Assembly (NCBI GenBank): GCA_963751345.1
Contig: CAVVUS010000011.1
Span: forward strand, 256,001 to 320,000
DNA length: 64,000 nucleotides
Source: an uncultured Chloroflexia bacterium
GTDB lineage: Bacteria > Chloroflexota > Anaerolineae > B4-G1 > SLSP01
Direction: 5' to 3'
The notes below the pieces were generated by a model. The model made no database searches. It worked only from the letters and a program-made list of their open reading frames with translations, and had not been told where the DNA came from. Position numbers and translations under genes: made by a program. Below, in pieces: positions 42,025-51,119 of this stretch (the first letter of the stretch is position 1; every line of letters begins with the position of its first letter).

Positions 42025-42437
42025 ACATTGGAGTTATGCTGCAAGACGTACTGACATCGATGGTGCACCGTCCGGTCACCGAGAGATACCCGTTCGAACG
42101 TCAGCCTGTGCCGGACGGGCTACGCGGCAAGGTCGTCTGGGATGCGGACGAGTGTATCGGCTGCGGTCGATGCGTCAAAGATTGTCCCGCCGAGGCACTC
42201 GAGCTGTTCATTCTCGACAGGAAGGCAAAGAAGTACGTGATGCGGTATCACGTCGACCGCTGCGTGTTCTGCGCCCAATGTAAGAGAAGCTGCCCGACAG
42301 ACGCCATCTCTCTTTCGGACGAGCAGTGGGAGCTGGCGGCGCTGGATAGGACGACGTTTGACGTCTACTATGGAAAGGATGAGGATGTCCAAGCCGTGCT
42401 GGCAGAATCGGCTGGCTCGGATGGCCAAGGGGACTAG
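42021..42437 (+). CDS. NuoI/HycF-like 2x[4Fe-4S] ferredoxin subunit
   Basis: TERYPFE..RG, CIGCGRCVKDCP and CVFCAQCKRSCP. Confidence 0.9.
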   Translation: MNIGVMLQDVLTSMVHRPVTERYPFERQPVPDGLRGKVVWDADECIGCGRCVKDCPAEALELFILDRKAKKYVMRYHVDRCVFCAQCKRSCPTDAISLSDEQWELAALDRTTFDVYYGKDEDVQAVLAESAGSDGQGD

Positions 42438-42860
42438 GGTAGCCGTAGTAGGCATCGGGCACGAGCTGCGCGGCGATGATGTTGCCGGCGTTGCCGTAGC
42501 GCGGACCCTGAAAGAAGCCGCAGATGCCGACGAGAGTCTGTTGGTGATCGATGCCGGCCCGGCACCGGAGAACCAGATCGGGCCACTGATCCGGTTCAAG
42601 CCGGATGTCATCGTGTTCGTGGACGCGGCACAGATGGGTGAGGCCCCGGGAACGGTGCGTTGGGTGTCGTGGGAAGATGCGGATGGGATGGGCGCCTCGA
42701 CGCATACGCTGTCGCCCGCGGTCCTGGCCCAGTTCCTGTTGGCGAGTTGGGTTGTGAGGTGCTCTTGCTTGGCATTCAGCCGACAAGCATTGCGCTCGGG
42801 GCCCCGCTCTCCCCGGCGGTCGCCGAGGCCGTGAACAGAAGATCGCGCGTTCTCTCCTGA
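42385..42860 (+). CDS. hycI: Hydrogenase maturation endopeptidase (frameshift at ~42745)
   Basis: VVGIGHELRGDDVAG, PEN, VDAA, STHTL, then LLGIQP in the next frame. Confidence 0.82.
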
Positions 42861-42868
42861 GGGCCGAA

Positions 42869-42890
42869 GAGCCCGAGCTTGCTCGGGCTC
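42869..42890. terminator. Hairpin between the convergent hydrogenase and CIS operons
   Basis: GAGCCCGAGC-TT-GCTCGGGCTC. Confidence 0.6.
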
Positions 42891-42915
42891 CCTTCGTGAG
42901 ATCAACCTTTTTCCC

Positions 42916-45900
42916 CTACGGATGGAGGATCGTGGCGGCCCGATCAGCCTGATCCTCAGCCCCAAGATGCTCTTTGCAGCATTCACCAGCACCTGGCGTC
43001 CGGTGTCCGTCATCGTCGAAGGCGGGCCGCTGAACCCCCAGAGCAGGTATTGGCTGCTCTTGCTGATGATCGTGTAGTGATTCGCGTTGTCGCTCTGACG
43101 ACCCACTGCCGCCACCCCGGAGACCGATGACGGGTAGTAGACGGCGACGAAGCCGCTGTCGGAGTTGTAAAGCGTGACAAGGCGACTTCCGGGTACGCTG
43201 ATCGCGTTCGGCGTGGTCCAGAGGTCGTTGCTGGGATCCACCGCGTAGACTTGGCGTGCGCCGGACCCCACCCAGCTCTGCCCCCAGCCGATGTCGGTCA
43301 CACCGATCTTGTCGAAGAACGACGCCCCTCCCGCACCGAGACCTAGTACGGAGCCATTGGCGTCCTTGATGCGGTTCGCCTGATTCCCCGCGCCATCTCC
43401 CCAGTTGCCCCCGCTTCCCGTATCCGCACCGATGAGTACCAGCCGGTACTTGCTGAAGTCGGTCGACATCACCGCACTCTGGTTGATCACGTCGACCTGG
43501 TAGTCATTGGCTTCCAGCAACGACTTGAACTGATTCGCTGCCGTAGCGTCTCCGGCGTAGATGTAGATCGCGCTTGTCTTGCAGTCCACTGTAAAGCTGG
43601 CCTGATCTGACGTGACGTCGTTAGGGCTGAGCACGTGAAGCTGCTGCCAGTACGTGCCGTCGCCGCCAATGCTCCAGGTAGTGTTGACCGACTGTGTGCC
43701 CGGACTGGCGAAGTCGATCGTTTCCTCGGCCACGTCAGCGCCATCACTTCGCTCCCACTTGTAGGTCACCGTGCCCGACCCAATTACCGTGATCTGCGCG
43801 GAGAAGGTGAAGTCTTTGGAGCAGATGCCGGTATAGGAGGTCGGATCGACGCTGATCTGAATGTTCGTGACCTCGAAGGGCGGCACCGGCGTCGGTGGGA
43901 TGGTCGCGCTGCCCAGACCGGTGACATCGACATTGCAGTCGGCCAATAGACTCTGGGCGACCCAGCCTTCCTCGCCGCTGCTGACCACCTGGACCTTGAC
44001 CCACGTGCCGTCCGGATAACCCACGGAGCTATAGGCGAGAGGCTTCAGTTGGGTCCCCGAGGGTAGCGTGTCGATGGGCGGATCGTAGACGGTGCCCGGT
44101 CCGCTTCGCAGATGAATTTCGCTGCCTCCCGCGAGGCATTGCTGGGCCTGTACGTGGACCTGAACCTGCGCCTGGACCTCGCCGCCCGGCCCCTTGGCAA
44201 CCAGCGTGTAGACCGTGTCAGTTGCCGGGACAGGGACGTCCCGGCTGCCGCTCAGCCCCACCGGGCCGAGGCCGGGCTCGATCGTCACCGTGTCGGCCTT
44301 GTTGGTCTCCCACGCAAGCTGGATCGTTGAAGAACTGCCCTCGACCGCAGTCGTGGGGGTGACGGTGAAGCTGGTCACCTCAGGGGCATCGGGCGCCGGT
44401 GTCGCCACGATCACCTGCTGGGCTTTCTGGATGGTACGCCCCTGGTTGGAGGCGATCAAGGTATACGTCTGCGTCTGCTGTGGCGTGTCTTTGCGCTCGC
44501 CGCTGGCATCGACCGTCCCAAAAGGTTGCAGCGTGACGCTGTCGGCATTGGTCACACTCCATCGAATCGTGACCTCCTGGCCGAGCGTGACGTCCGTAGG
44601 GAAGACCGACCACTCCACGATGACCGGATCTGTGACGACGTTGACGACCTGGATGTTGAGCGTCTCCTTCGTGGATCGGAGCATATTCGAGGCCACGATG
44701 GTGACGGTCGTATTCTCCGGGAAGCCATCCGGGAAGGTATACTCACCCACGGAGGGATCCACCTGGACCCCGAATGGGCGGAGCTCGATGTTTCGGGCGT
44801 TGGTGACTTGCCATCGCACGGTGACAGGCTGTCCGGCCTCGGCGTTCTGCGGAACGACCTCGGCCAAAGTGATGACGGGCGGACGCGTGAGAAGCAGCGC
44901 TAGAGCCGCGCAGGCAACCAACAACAATGCCATGGCGACGGTCATCACCCACGTCGGGATGATGGCGTTGCTTACCATCTCGCCGCCGTGCTGCTGGGCG
45001 TCGCCCTGGGAGGGCGCCACCTGCACGGCGAAGGAGTGCGTCTTCGCGCCGCCGATCAGGCGTCGTTTGACCGGACGCGCGACGAGATCCGCCGACCCTG
45101 TCTGGCCCTGCGGCACGCGGATTTGGGCCTGTGGCGGCTCGAACGCCAGTTCGTTAGCGCGGTCAGACCCCGTGATCGAATAGGTGTCGGGGAAGTTACT
45201 GTCGTTCTGTACCGTGACCCGGGTGGGTGAGCCCACCTTGACCTTCTGAGGCTGCATGGAGCTGCTAAACTGCTGGAAGGGCGCCACCGTGAGCGCGGCA
45301 TTGACCTCCACGTACTGGGATGGCATGTCGCGGCTGAACACGCGGATGCTCATGCCGTAACGGCCCGCCTGGCTCGCGGGCGTCCGCGGTGGGTGGAGGG
45401 TCAGCGTCACGGTCTGCTGTTGGCCGGGCATCAACTGGACGACCGGCGGCAGGTCCACCCAGTCGGCCGGAATGCCCTCCACGACCACGCGGAAGTGGTC
45501 GACGATGGATCCCTGGTTGAGGAGGACCAGCGTGCCAACGGCCCGCTGGCCGGGGGTCACGGCGAGTTGGGTCTCCTCCATCACCACACCCACACGCCCC
45601 TCGCCGGTGCTCGTCCTGAGCAGACCCGGGCTGACGCCTGCGGTCCCTCGCCCGCCGGGGGAGAGAGGGGAAGCCCCCACCGAGGCGCCACCCAGCCGGC
45701 CCGTCGCGGCACGCGCAGTGCCGGCGACGAGGCGGAGCCAGGCATCGCCCACGCGGAGCGGTTGGTCCGGCGTCCACGTCTCAGCCACACCGGGCAACAG
45801 CTTGGCAGTGCCAATGTAGGTGCCGTTGGTGCTGTCGAGATCGGTGACGCGGTAGGTAGTGCCGTCGTTTTCTATCCTGGCATGATGTCGCGATACATTC

Positions 45901-47087
45901 GGCGTGTCGAGGACGATATCGTTGCCTTCCGTCCGCCCAACGGTCATGCTCTGGCTCTTGACCTGTACTTCAAGCGTCCTACCATCGCGCAGACGTGCCT
46001 GGATGGTGTCGCCGTTGCCTTTGGGCGCGCTGAAATCCTGGAGTACTGAAGCGCCTCGCGGCTCGGCCTGACTCTGCTGATACTGGGTCATCAGGCTCAC
46101 GCCCTCATCGAGTACGGCGGGTATCCCTCCAGGTCTTGCTGGAGGCGCGCCTACATCCGGGCCTGGTTCATCCGCGAGCGCTGTTTTCTCAGATGCGACG
46201 GCTGTCGGCTCCGGCTCGCCGGCAGAGGCGCCGGAGAGCTTTCCCAGGGCAGCGGCCAGCGCGCCGGCATTCTCCCAGCGGTCCGCGGGACGTTTCGCGA
46301 TTGCCTTCAGGATGATCGCTTCCAGCGATTTCGGCAGGTCGGCGCGGAACGTCGACGGCGCCGGCGGCGTTTCCTTGGTGTGATAGCGGATGGCCTCCGA
46401 GATCGTGCTGATCTCAAAGGGAGGGCGCCCAACGCACAGCTCGTAGAGCATCACGCCCAATGAGTAGACATCGCTCCGGGGGTCGGCTTCCTCGCCCAGC
46501 GCTTGTTCCGGCGACATATAGGTGGGGGTCCCCATCGACGTGCCCGCCTGTGTGATGTGTTGGCTGGCCATCAGACGGGCCAGACCAAGGTCCGTGAGCA
46601 CCGGACGATAGGGCAGCCCTGGAGATGCCTCCGGCTCGATCATGATGTTGCTGGGCTTGATGTCTCGGTGCAGCACGCCCTGGCGATGAGCGTAGTCCAT
46701 GGCCTCGGACGTCTGACGGATGATGCCGATGGCTTCCTTGAGGGGAATCCACTGACCCTTGGCCTTCAGTCCGTCCAACATCGTCCGCAGATTGGCGCCG
46801 CGTATGAACTCCATGACGATGAAGAGCAGCGAGCGCTCCTGGCCGAAGTCGTAGACCTGGACGATGCCGGGGTGATCCAGGCGAGCCGCGGTCCGTGCCT
46901 CTTGCAGGAAGCGCTCGCGGAAATCCGGCTGGTTCGACAGGTGAGGGTGCATGATCTTGATCGCGACGTCGCGTTGAAGCGTGACGTCGCGAGCCTCAAA
47001 TACGGCGCCCATGCCGCCTTCACCCAGGAGTTTCGTGAGTTGATATCGGCTTAGCGATTCGCCAACCAGTCTCTCCATTGAGAGCAT
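42916..47087 (-). CDS. Transmembrane Hanks-type Ser/Thr kinase with FHA, cytoplasmic Ig-like domains, TM, extracellular Ig repeats, SH3b and a C-terminal alpha/beta domain
   Basis: LGEGGMG, VAIK, HRDIKPSN, TDLG, YMSPE; FHA GR..SRHH..STNGT; TM IPTWVMTVAMALLLVACAALALLL; SH3b LRSGPG..WVKV..GWV. The track ORF runs to 42120, antisense into hycI; the real stop is probably TAG at 42916 after a late frameshift. Confidence 0.88.
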
Positions 47088-47146
47088 CTCCTTCCCAGCG
47101 TTCCGACGTTCAAACGTTCTGACAGGATCAACGTTATTGTCTACGC

Positions 47147-48120
47147 TTATGGCCTGAACTCAAGTGTGTACATGGTATGCGTCGGTTTGTGGGCGTCAAT
47201 CAGGTGCTCGATAAGATCACGGCCCAGTTGTGCGGCCTGGACGGGCAGCGTTATGCTGAACGTATAGGGCTCCAGCGCATCGTCGTCATCAATGATCTCC
47301 GGCCGGTGGCCGGTATAGATCTCCAGGACTCGGCTGAGTGCCCACCGCGTGCCCCTGCGGGCGTAGATCAGGTGGGCCTCGCGGAGAAGCTGCCGCTGTT
47401 GGGCCTCGGTCCACGAGGGATCGAAGGTAATGTCAAACCATTCTGCTAGCCACGTCAAGAAGTCGGCAGGCGCGGTCCCCGGATCGAGGAAAAGGTCGAA
47501 GTTGTCGATGTTCCACTCAATGGGCGTCAGTATGGTCTCGAAGATGCCCAGGAAGCGGCTCATGAACTCGGTGTGGTAGATGCTGGGGAGATAGCTTAGC
47601 AGTCTCCGGCTCCGGATCTCCAACCCCGGCGGCAAATCCTCTTCCCCTCCCCGGCTCGCCCCCGGAGGGGACGGCGGCTCAGCCCTGCCCTGCCCCTCTC
47701 GCCGGTAAGTGGAGGGGGCTCGGACCTGCTCTGGCCTTCCTCCGGCGAGGGAAGGGGAGGGGGGGCGGGCATGGCATCTTCCCTGGCCACCATCTCCTTC
47801 GCTTCGTCGCTCACCTCGACGACCACCTTCATGGTCGACGCCCCGATCTTGATCTCCGCGCCCGGAGGCACCGGCATCGGCACATTCGGCGTCAGCCGAA
47901 TGCCTTCGAGATATGTGCCGTTGGAGCTCTCCAGGTCTGTGAGGGCGCACGCCCCATCGCGGCATTCGATCAGTGCGTGCTGTCGCGAGACCCTCTGGTC
48001 GTCGACCACCACGTCATTGCCCGCCTGGCGGCCGATGGTGGTCACGTCCGTCAACGGCATCTCGCGTCGATTCCCCTCGGCATCGACGATCTCAAGGCGA
48101 GGGACCGGATTCGCTGCCAT
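47147..48120 (-). CDS. FHA domain fused to a phage tail/baseplate wedge protein (Tail_P2_I/Afp12-like); frameshift in the linker at ~47640-47770
   Basis: TIGRQAGND..VSRQHA..DLESSNGT (ORF 47596..48318); LLSYLPSIY..FLGIFE..DPGTAPADFLTWLAEW..RGT..KPTH (ORF 47147..47965); TGATG coupling to baseplate J. Confidence 0.8.
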
Positions 48121-50117
48121 CAGACGAACTCTATCTCGTGGGCGCCTGAAACGGTGACGCCGTGGGCGATGACCTCCAGCGATTCGACGGCCTCGCCTTG
48201 AGCCGCCCCTCCCGGCCGCGCCGCGTACATCTGAACGCTGCGGATGAACTGCACGTTGGGCATGCCCTGGAGGCATTGATAGACGTCCGAGACGTAGAGG
48301 TCCCTGCCGAAAGGCCATCCTTTCCCATCGGGTCCCCCGGTCAGCGGGTTGAGGAAGCGGTAGAGCCGCTGCAATACGTCGGCCTCCACCTCTGCCTGGG
48401 GGACGCCCGGCGATGCCCGCAACTGCACCCGGCAGGCAACCCAGTAGTAGGCGGGCGGGCGGATGTCGAGGCGCGTGGTCAGCAGGCGGCGTTCATCGAG
48501 GTAGGTCTTGAGTGCGCTCACGTCGTCCTGGTCGAGCTCCAGCTGCTCCGGAGCCAGGTACCCTTCGGGGTGCGCTACCCTCGGGATCACCAGAACATAG
48601 ACCTGGCCGGGCGCGACCCGACCTGCCTCGGAAGGCTTCGGCTGGAGGCACTTGACCCTGCCGATGGACGCCGGGAGCGCCTGCGTGGCCAGATATTCGA
48701 AATCCGACTCGGTGACCGCTCGTTCGCGGGATCGCAGGAGGGCAGGAACTCGCATCATCGCGGACTCCAGTGACTCGGCGTCCATCCCGCCCCACGCCGG
48801 CTCGCGGTTGCTCACCCGGGCGACGTAGGGGATGGCCGTCTTGAGGGTGTTAAGCACCCCGGGCTGGACGTTGCCCTCCTGCCCACCCCCATAGCGGTAC
48901 TGCTGAAAGACCAGATTGGCATAGCGGGGTGGGATCGCTCCGTAGAGCTTGATGGTGCCATCAGGTTGGCGCACCGCCGGGCCCAGCCTCAGCTCCCCGT
49001 GGATGCCATCCAACGTGTAGTGCCTGGCGCTGCTGTCCGAGTCCGCGAAGTCGGGCACCTCGGTCCACACCTCGGGTGGGCGTCCCTCGACCTGGACGGC
49101 AAGCTCCTCGCCGGGTCGGCGCTCCAGAATGGGTGTCAACTGCAGTTGGAGTCTCTGGCCCGGCGTGCCGTCGCTCTGCCCGAGGAACTCGTTGGTGACC
49201 ACCTGGGCGTGGGTCGCGGGCACCGTGCCCCCCCACGTGGCCACCGCCGCCTTGCGCAGCATTGGCGTGTTCTCGAAAGGCTGCATGCCCTGCTGGCGCT
49301 CGGTGGTCGTGATATCCTTGATGCGCACGCGCACCCAGTACTGATCGCCCTGCCGGAAGTCGTATTTTCCCATCGCCGGCAGATGGATCCGCACTCGCCC
49401 CGCGGTGTTCATGCTTCGCGTCGTGTCGATCTCGACGTCACACTGCTTCCAGTGGGTGTTGCGGTCTCCCGTCGAGGCCTCCCAGACGTAAGGGGGAAGC
49501 GTGGGATCGACCCCGGCCCCGCCCGCCGGGTCGAAGTCGAACTCGAATCCCAGGATGTGATAGCTGAGATCGTTCTCGAAGCCGAAGTAGAGTGCGTCAT
49601 CGACCCGCGGAACGGCGGAGAAGACTGCGAAACCGCCAAAGCCCGTCTCCAGGCGGCGCAGATTCTGCTCGCGGTAGGTCGGCTCGTCGCCGGAGATGGT
49701 TCGCGCCAGGACCGTCGCCAACTGGGGTGGCTGGACCAGCATGTCCCTATCGGTCGTGAAGACGATAGAGGTCTCGCGCTCGGTCTGGGTGCTGGCGACC
49801 TCGGTTCCGGCGGGGATGACGACGGCCATATCCTGCGGCTGGGAGAGCCAGAAGGTCACCGGTGCCTTGGCCGGAATGGGCTCCCGGAGCGTCACCCCCA
49901 GCATCTCCATGAACTCGATCTTGTGCAGATCGGGTACCTGGTTGAGGCGGTAGAGCAGGATGTCCGTCATCCACGCGAAGAGCTCGATCAGGGTGATGCC
50001 CGGATCGCTGACGTTGTGGTCGGTCCACTCCTTGCTGAAGTGCGGAATCCGCTTCTTTGCCTCGTCGACCAGGTCCTGAAACTGCCGGTCGTCCAACTTC
50101 GGTCTAGGTAGTGCCAT
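48120..50117 (-). CDS. Baseplate J/gp47-like assembly protein (Afp11-like)
   Basis: LDDRQFQDLV, WTDHNVSDPGITLIELFAW, YRLNQVP, YGGGQEGNV, RAVTESDFE, GWPFGR. Confidence 0.92.
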   Translation of the reverse strand: MALPRPKLDDRQFQDLVDEAKKRIPHFSKEWTDHNVSDPGITLIELFAWMTDILLYRLNQVPDLHKIEFMEMLGVTLREPIPAKAPVTFWLSQPQDMAVVIPAGTEVASTQTERETSIVFTTDRDMLVQPPQLATVLARTISGDEPTYREQNLRRLETGFGGFAVFSAVPRVDDALYFGFENDLSYHILGFEFDFDPAGGAGVDPTLPPYVWEASTGDRNTHWKQCDVEIDTTRSMNTAGRVRIHLPAMGKYDFRQGDQYWVRVRIKDITTTERQQGMQPFENTPMLRKAAVATWGGTVPATHAQVVTNEFLGQSDGTPGQRLQLQLTPILERRPGEELAVQVEGRPPEVWTEVPDFADSDSSARHYTLDGIHGELRLGPAVRQPDGTIKLYGAIPPRYANLVFQQYRYGGGQEGNVQPGVLNTLKTAIPYVARVSNREPAWGGMDAESLESAMMRVPALLRSRERAVTESDFEYLATQALPASIGRVKCLQPKPSEAGRVAPGQVYVLVIPRVAHPEGYLAPEQLELDQDDVSALKTYLDERRLLTTRLDIRPPAYYWVACRVQLRASPGVPQAEVEADVLQRLYRFLNPLTGGPDGKGWPFGRDLYVSDVYQCLQGMPNVQFIRSVQMYAARPGGAAQGEAVESLEVIAHGVTVSGAHEIEFV

Positions 50118-50136
50118 GGGTGCCTTCTTTCGTCTA

Positions 50137-50214
50137 TGACGATTGACGGGTGACGATTGACCGGATCGACGCGAAACTTCCGGATCTGGATCACTCGTCA
50201 CTCGTTAATCGTCA
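50137..50214. repeat. 20-bp imperfect inverted repeat made of TGACGAT-type heptamers, between gp25 and baseplate J
   Basis: TGACGATTGACGGGTGACGA ... TCGTCACTCGTTAATCGTCA (two mismatches, G-T pairs on the plus strand). Confidence 0.7.
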
Positions 50215-50232
50215 CGTGTTTCTCGTCATCCC

Positions 50233-50628
50233 TTATTCCTCGGGTATCAAGTAGAACGGATAGACCAGGCTCCGTTGATCGTGCGTCGCCTTGATCTCAT
50301 ATCGAATGCCGATGACCAGGGTGTTGTCCGCCTCGGCGTCCTGCTGCACGTCCACCTGGATCACGCGGATGCGCGGCTCCCACATTCCCAGCGCTTCCTC
50401 CACGTAGCGCCGCGCCCGCGCCGCCGTGTGGCTGTTGTTGGGGGCGAAGACCAACTCGTGCAGCCGGCATCCGAAGGTCGGCCGCATCACGCGCTCGCCC
50501 GGCGAAGTCGACAGGATGATGTAGATGGCCTGATCGATCTCGCTGCGCTCGTGCGTCAGCGCGATCCCGCCCTGCGCGCCGATCTGCGGTGGGAAGACCC
50601 ACCCACGACCTACGATGTCATCCGGCAT
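50233..50628 (-). CDS. gp25/GPW-like sheath initiator (Afp9-like)
   Basis: GRGWVFP, ILSTSPGERVMRPTFGC, WEPRI, LVYPFYL. Confidence 0.93.
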   Translation of the reverse strand: MPDDIVGRGWVFPPQIGAQGGIALTHERSEIDQAIYIILSTSPGERVMRPTFGCRLHELVFAPNNSHTAARARRYVEEALGMWEPRIRVIQVDVQQDAEADNTLVIGIRYEIKATHDQRSLVYPFYLIPEE

Positions 50629-50631
50629 AGG

Positions 50632-51033
50632 CTATCCCCCAATCATGACCGTACCCGCCGCGACAATCTGGGCGGCCATGTTCGGCACAGGATCGGCGCA
50701 CGTCTGCGCCTGATCGCCGGCCCTTGCCGCAGGCTTGCCGTTGATCATCACCGTGGCGCTGCCCCGCATGATCGTGCCCCGGTTCAGAGGTGGGATCTGG
50801 AACACCGTGCCGGGCGGGGTGGGCAGGTGCGGCGGCGTGTTCGTCGCCGTGCTTCCGACCGTGGCGGCGGGCATCCCCGCGATCTTCACGGTCGGGCTCA
50901 GGTTCCCGTCGATGATGCCCGCGAAGGGATGGGGCAGGGGCGTCGGCACCGGCCCGCCCGGAGACGGCACCATCACGATGTGCATATCCACCGCCGTGAT
51001 CTGATCTCCCTGCTTTGCTGCTGGCTGTCCCAT
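50632..51033 (-). CDS. PAAR spike-tip protein (Afp10-like)
   Basis: PAAKQGD, GMPAATVG, GSATVMINGKPAARAGD. Confidence 0.92.
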   Translation of the reverse strand: MGQPAAKQGDQITAVDMHIVMVPSPGGPVPTPLPHPFAGIIDGNLSPTVKIAGMPAATVGSTATNTPPHLPTPPGTVFQIPPLNRGTIMRGSATVMINGKPAARAGDQAQTCADPVPNMAAQIVAAGTVMIGG

Positions 51034-51119
51034 CGTCCGTACTCCTTACTCCGACTCCTGCCGAAGACGTGTCACCGGCACATCTCTATCGCTGAAAGCT
51101 GTCAGCTATCAGCTAATAG

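Noticed and set aside
34390-42437. Complex I (nuo) operon
   Set aside because: The large subunit keeps both Ni-binding CxxC motifs, a maturation protease is encoded, and nuoEFG are absent.
42120-42915. C-terminal ~265 aa of the 1655-aa kinase ORF
   Set aside because: It runs antisense through hycI and the ferredoxin gene and across a terminator-like hairpin; it is read-through from a likely late frameshift.
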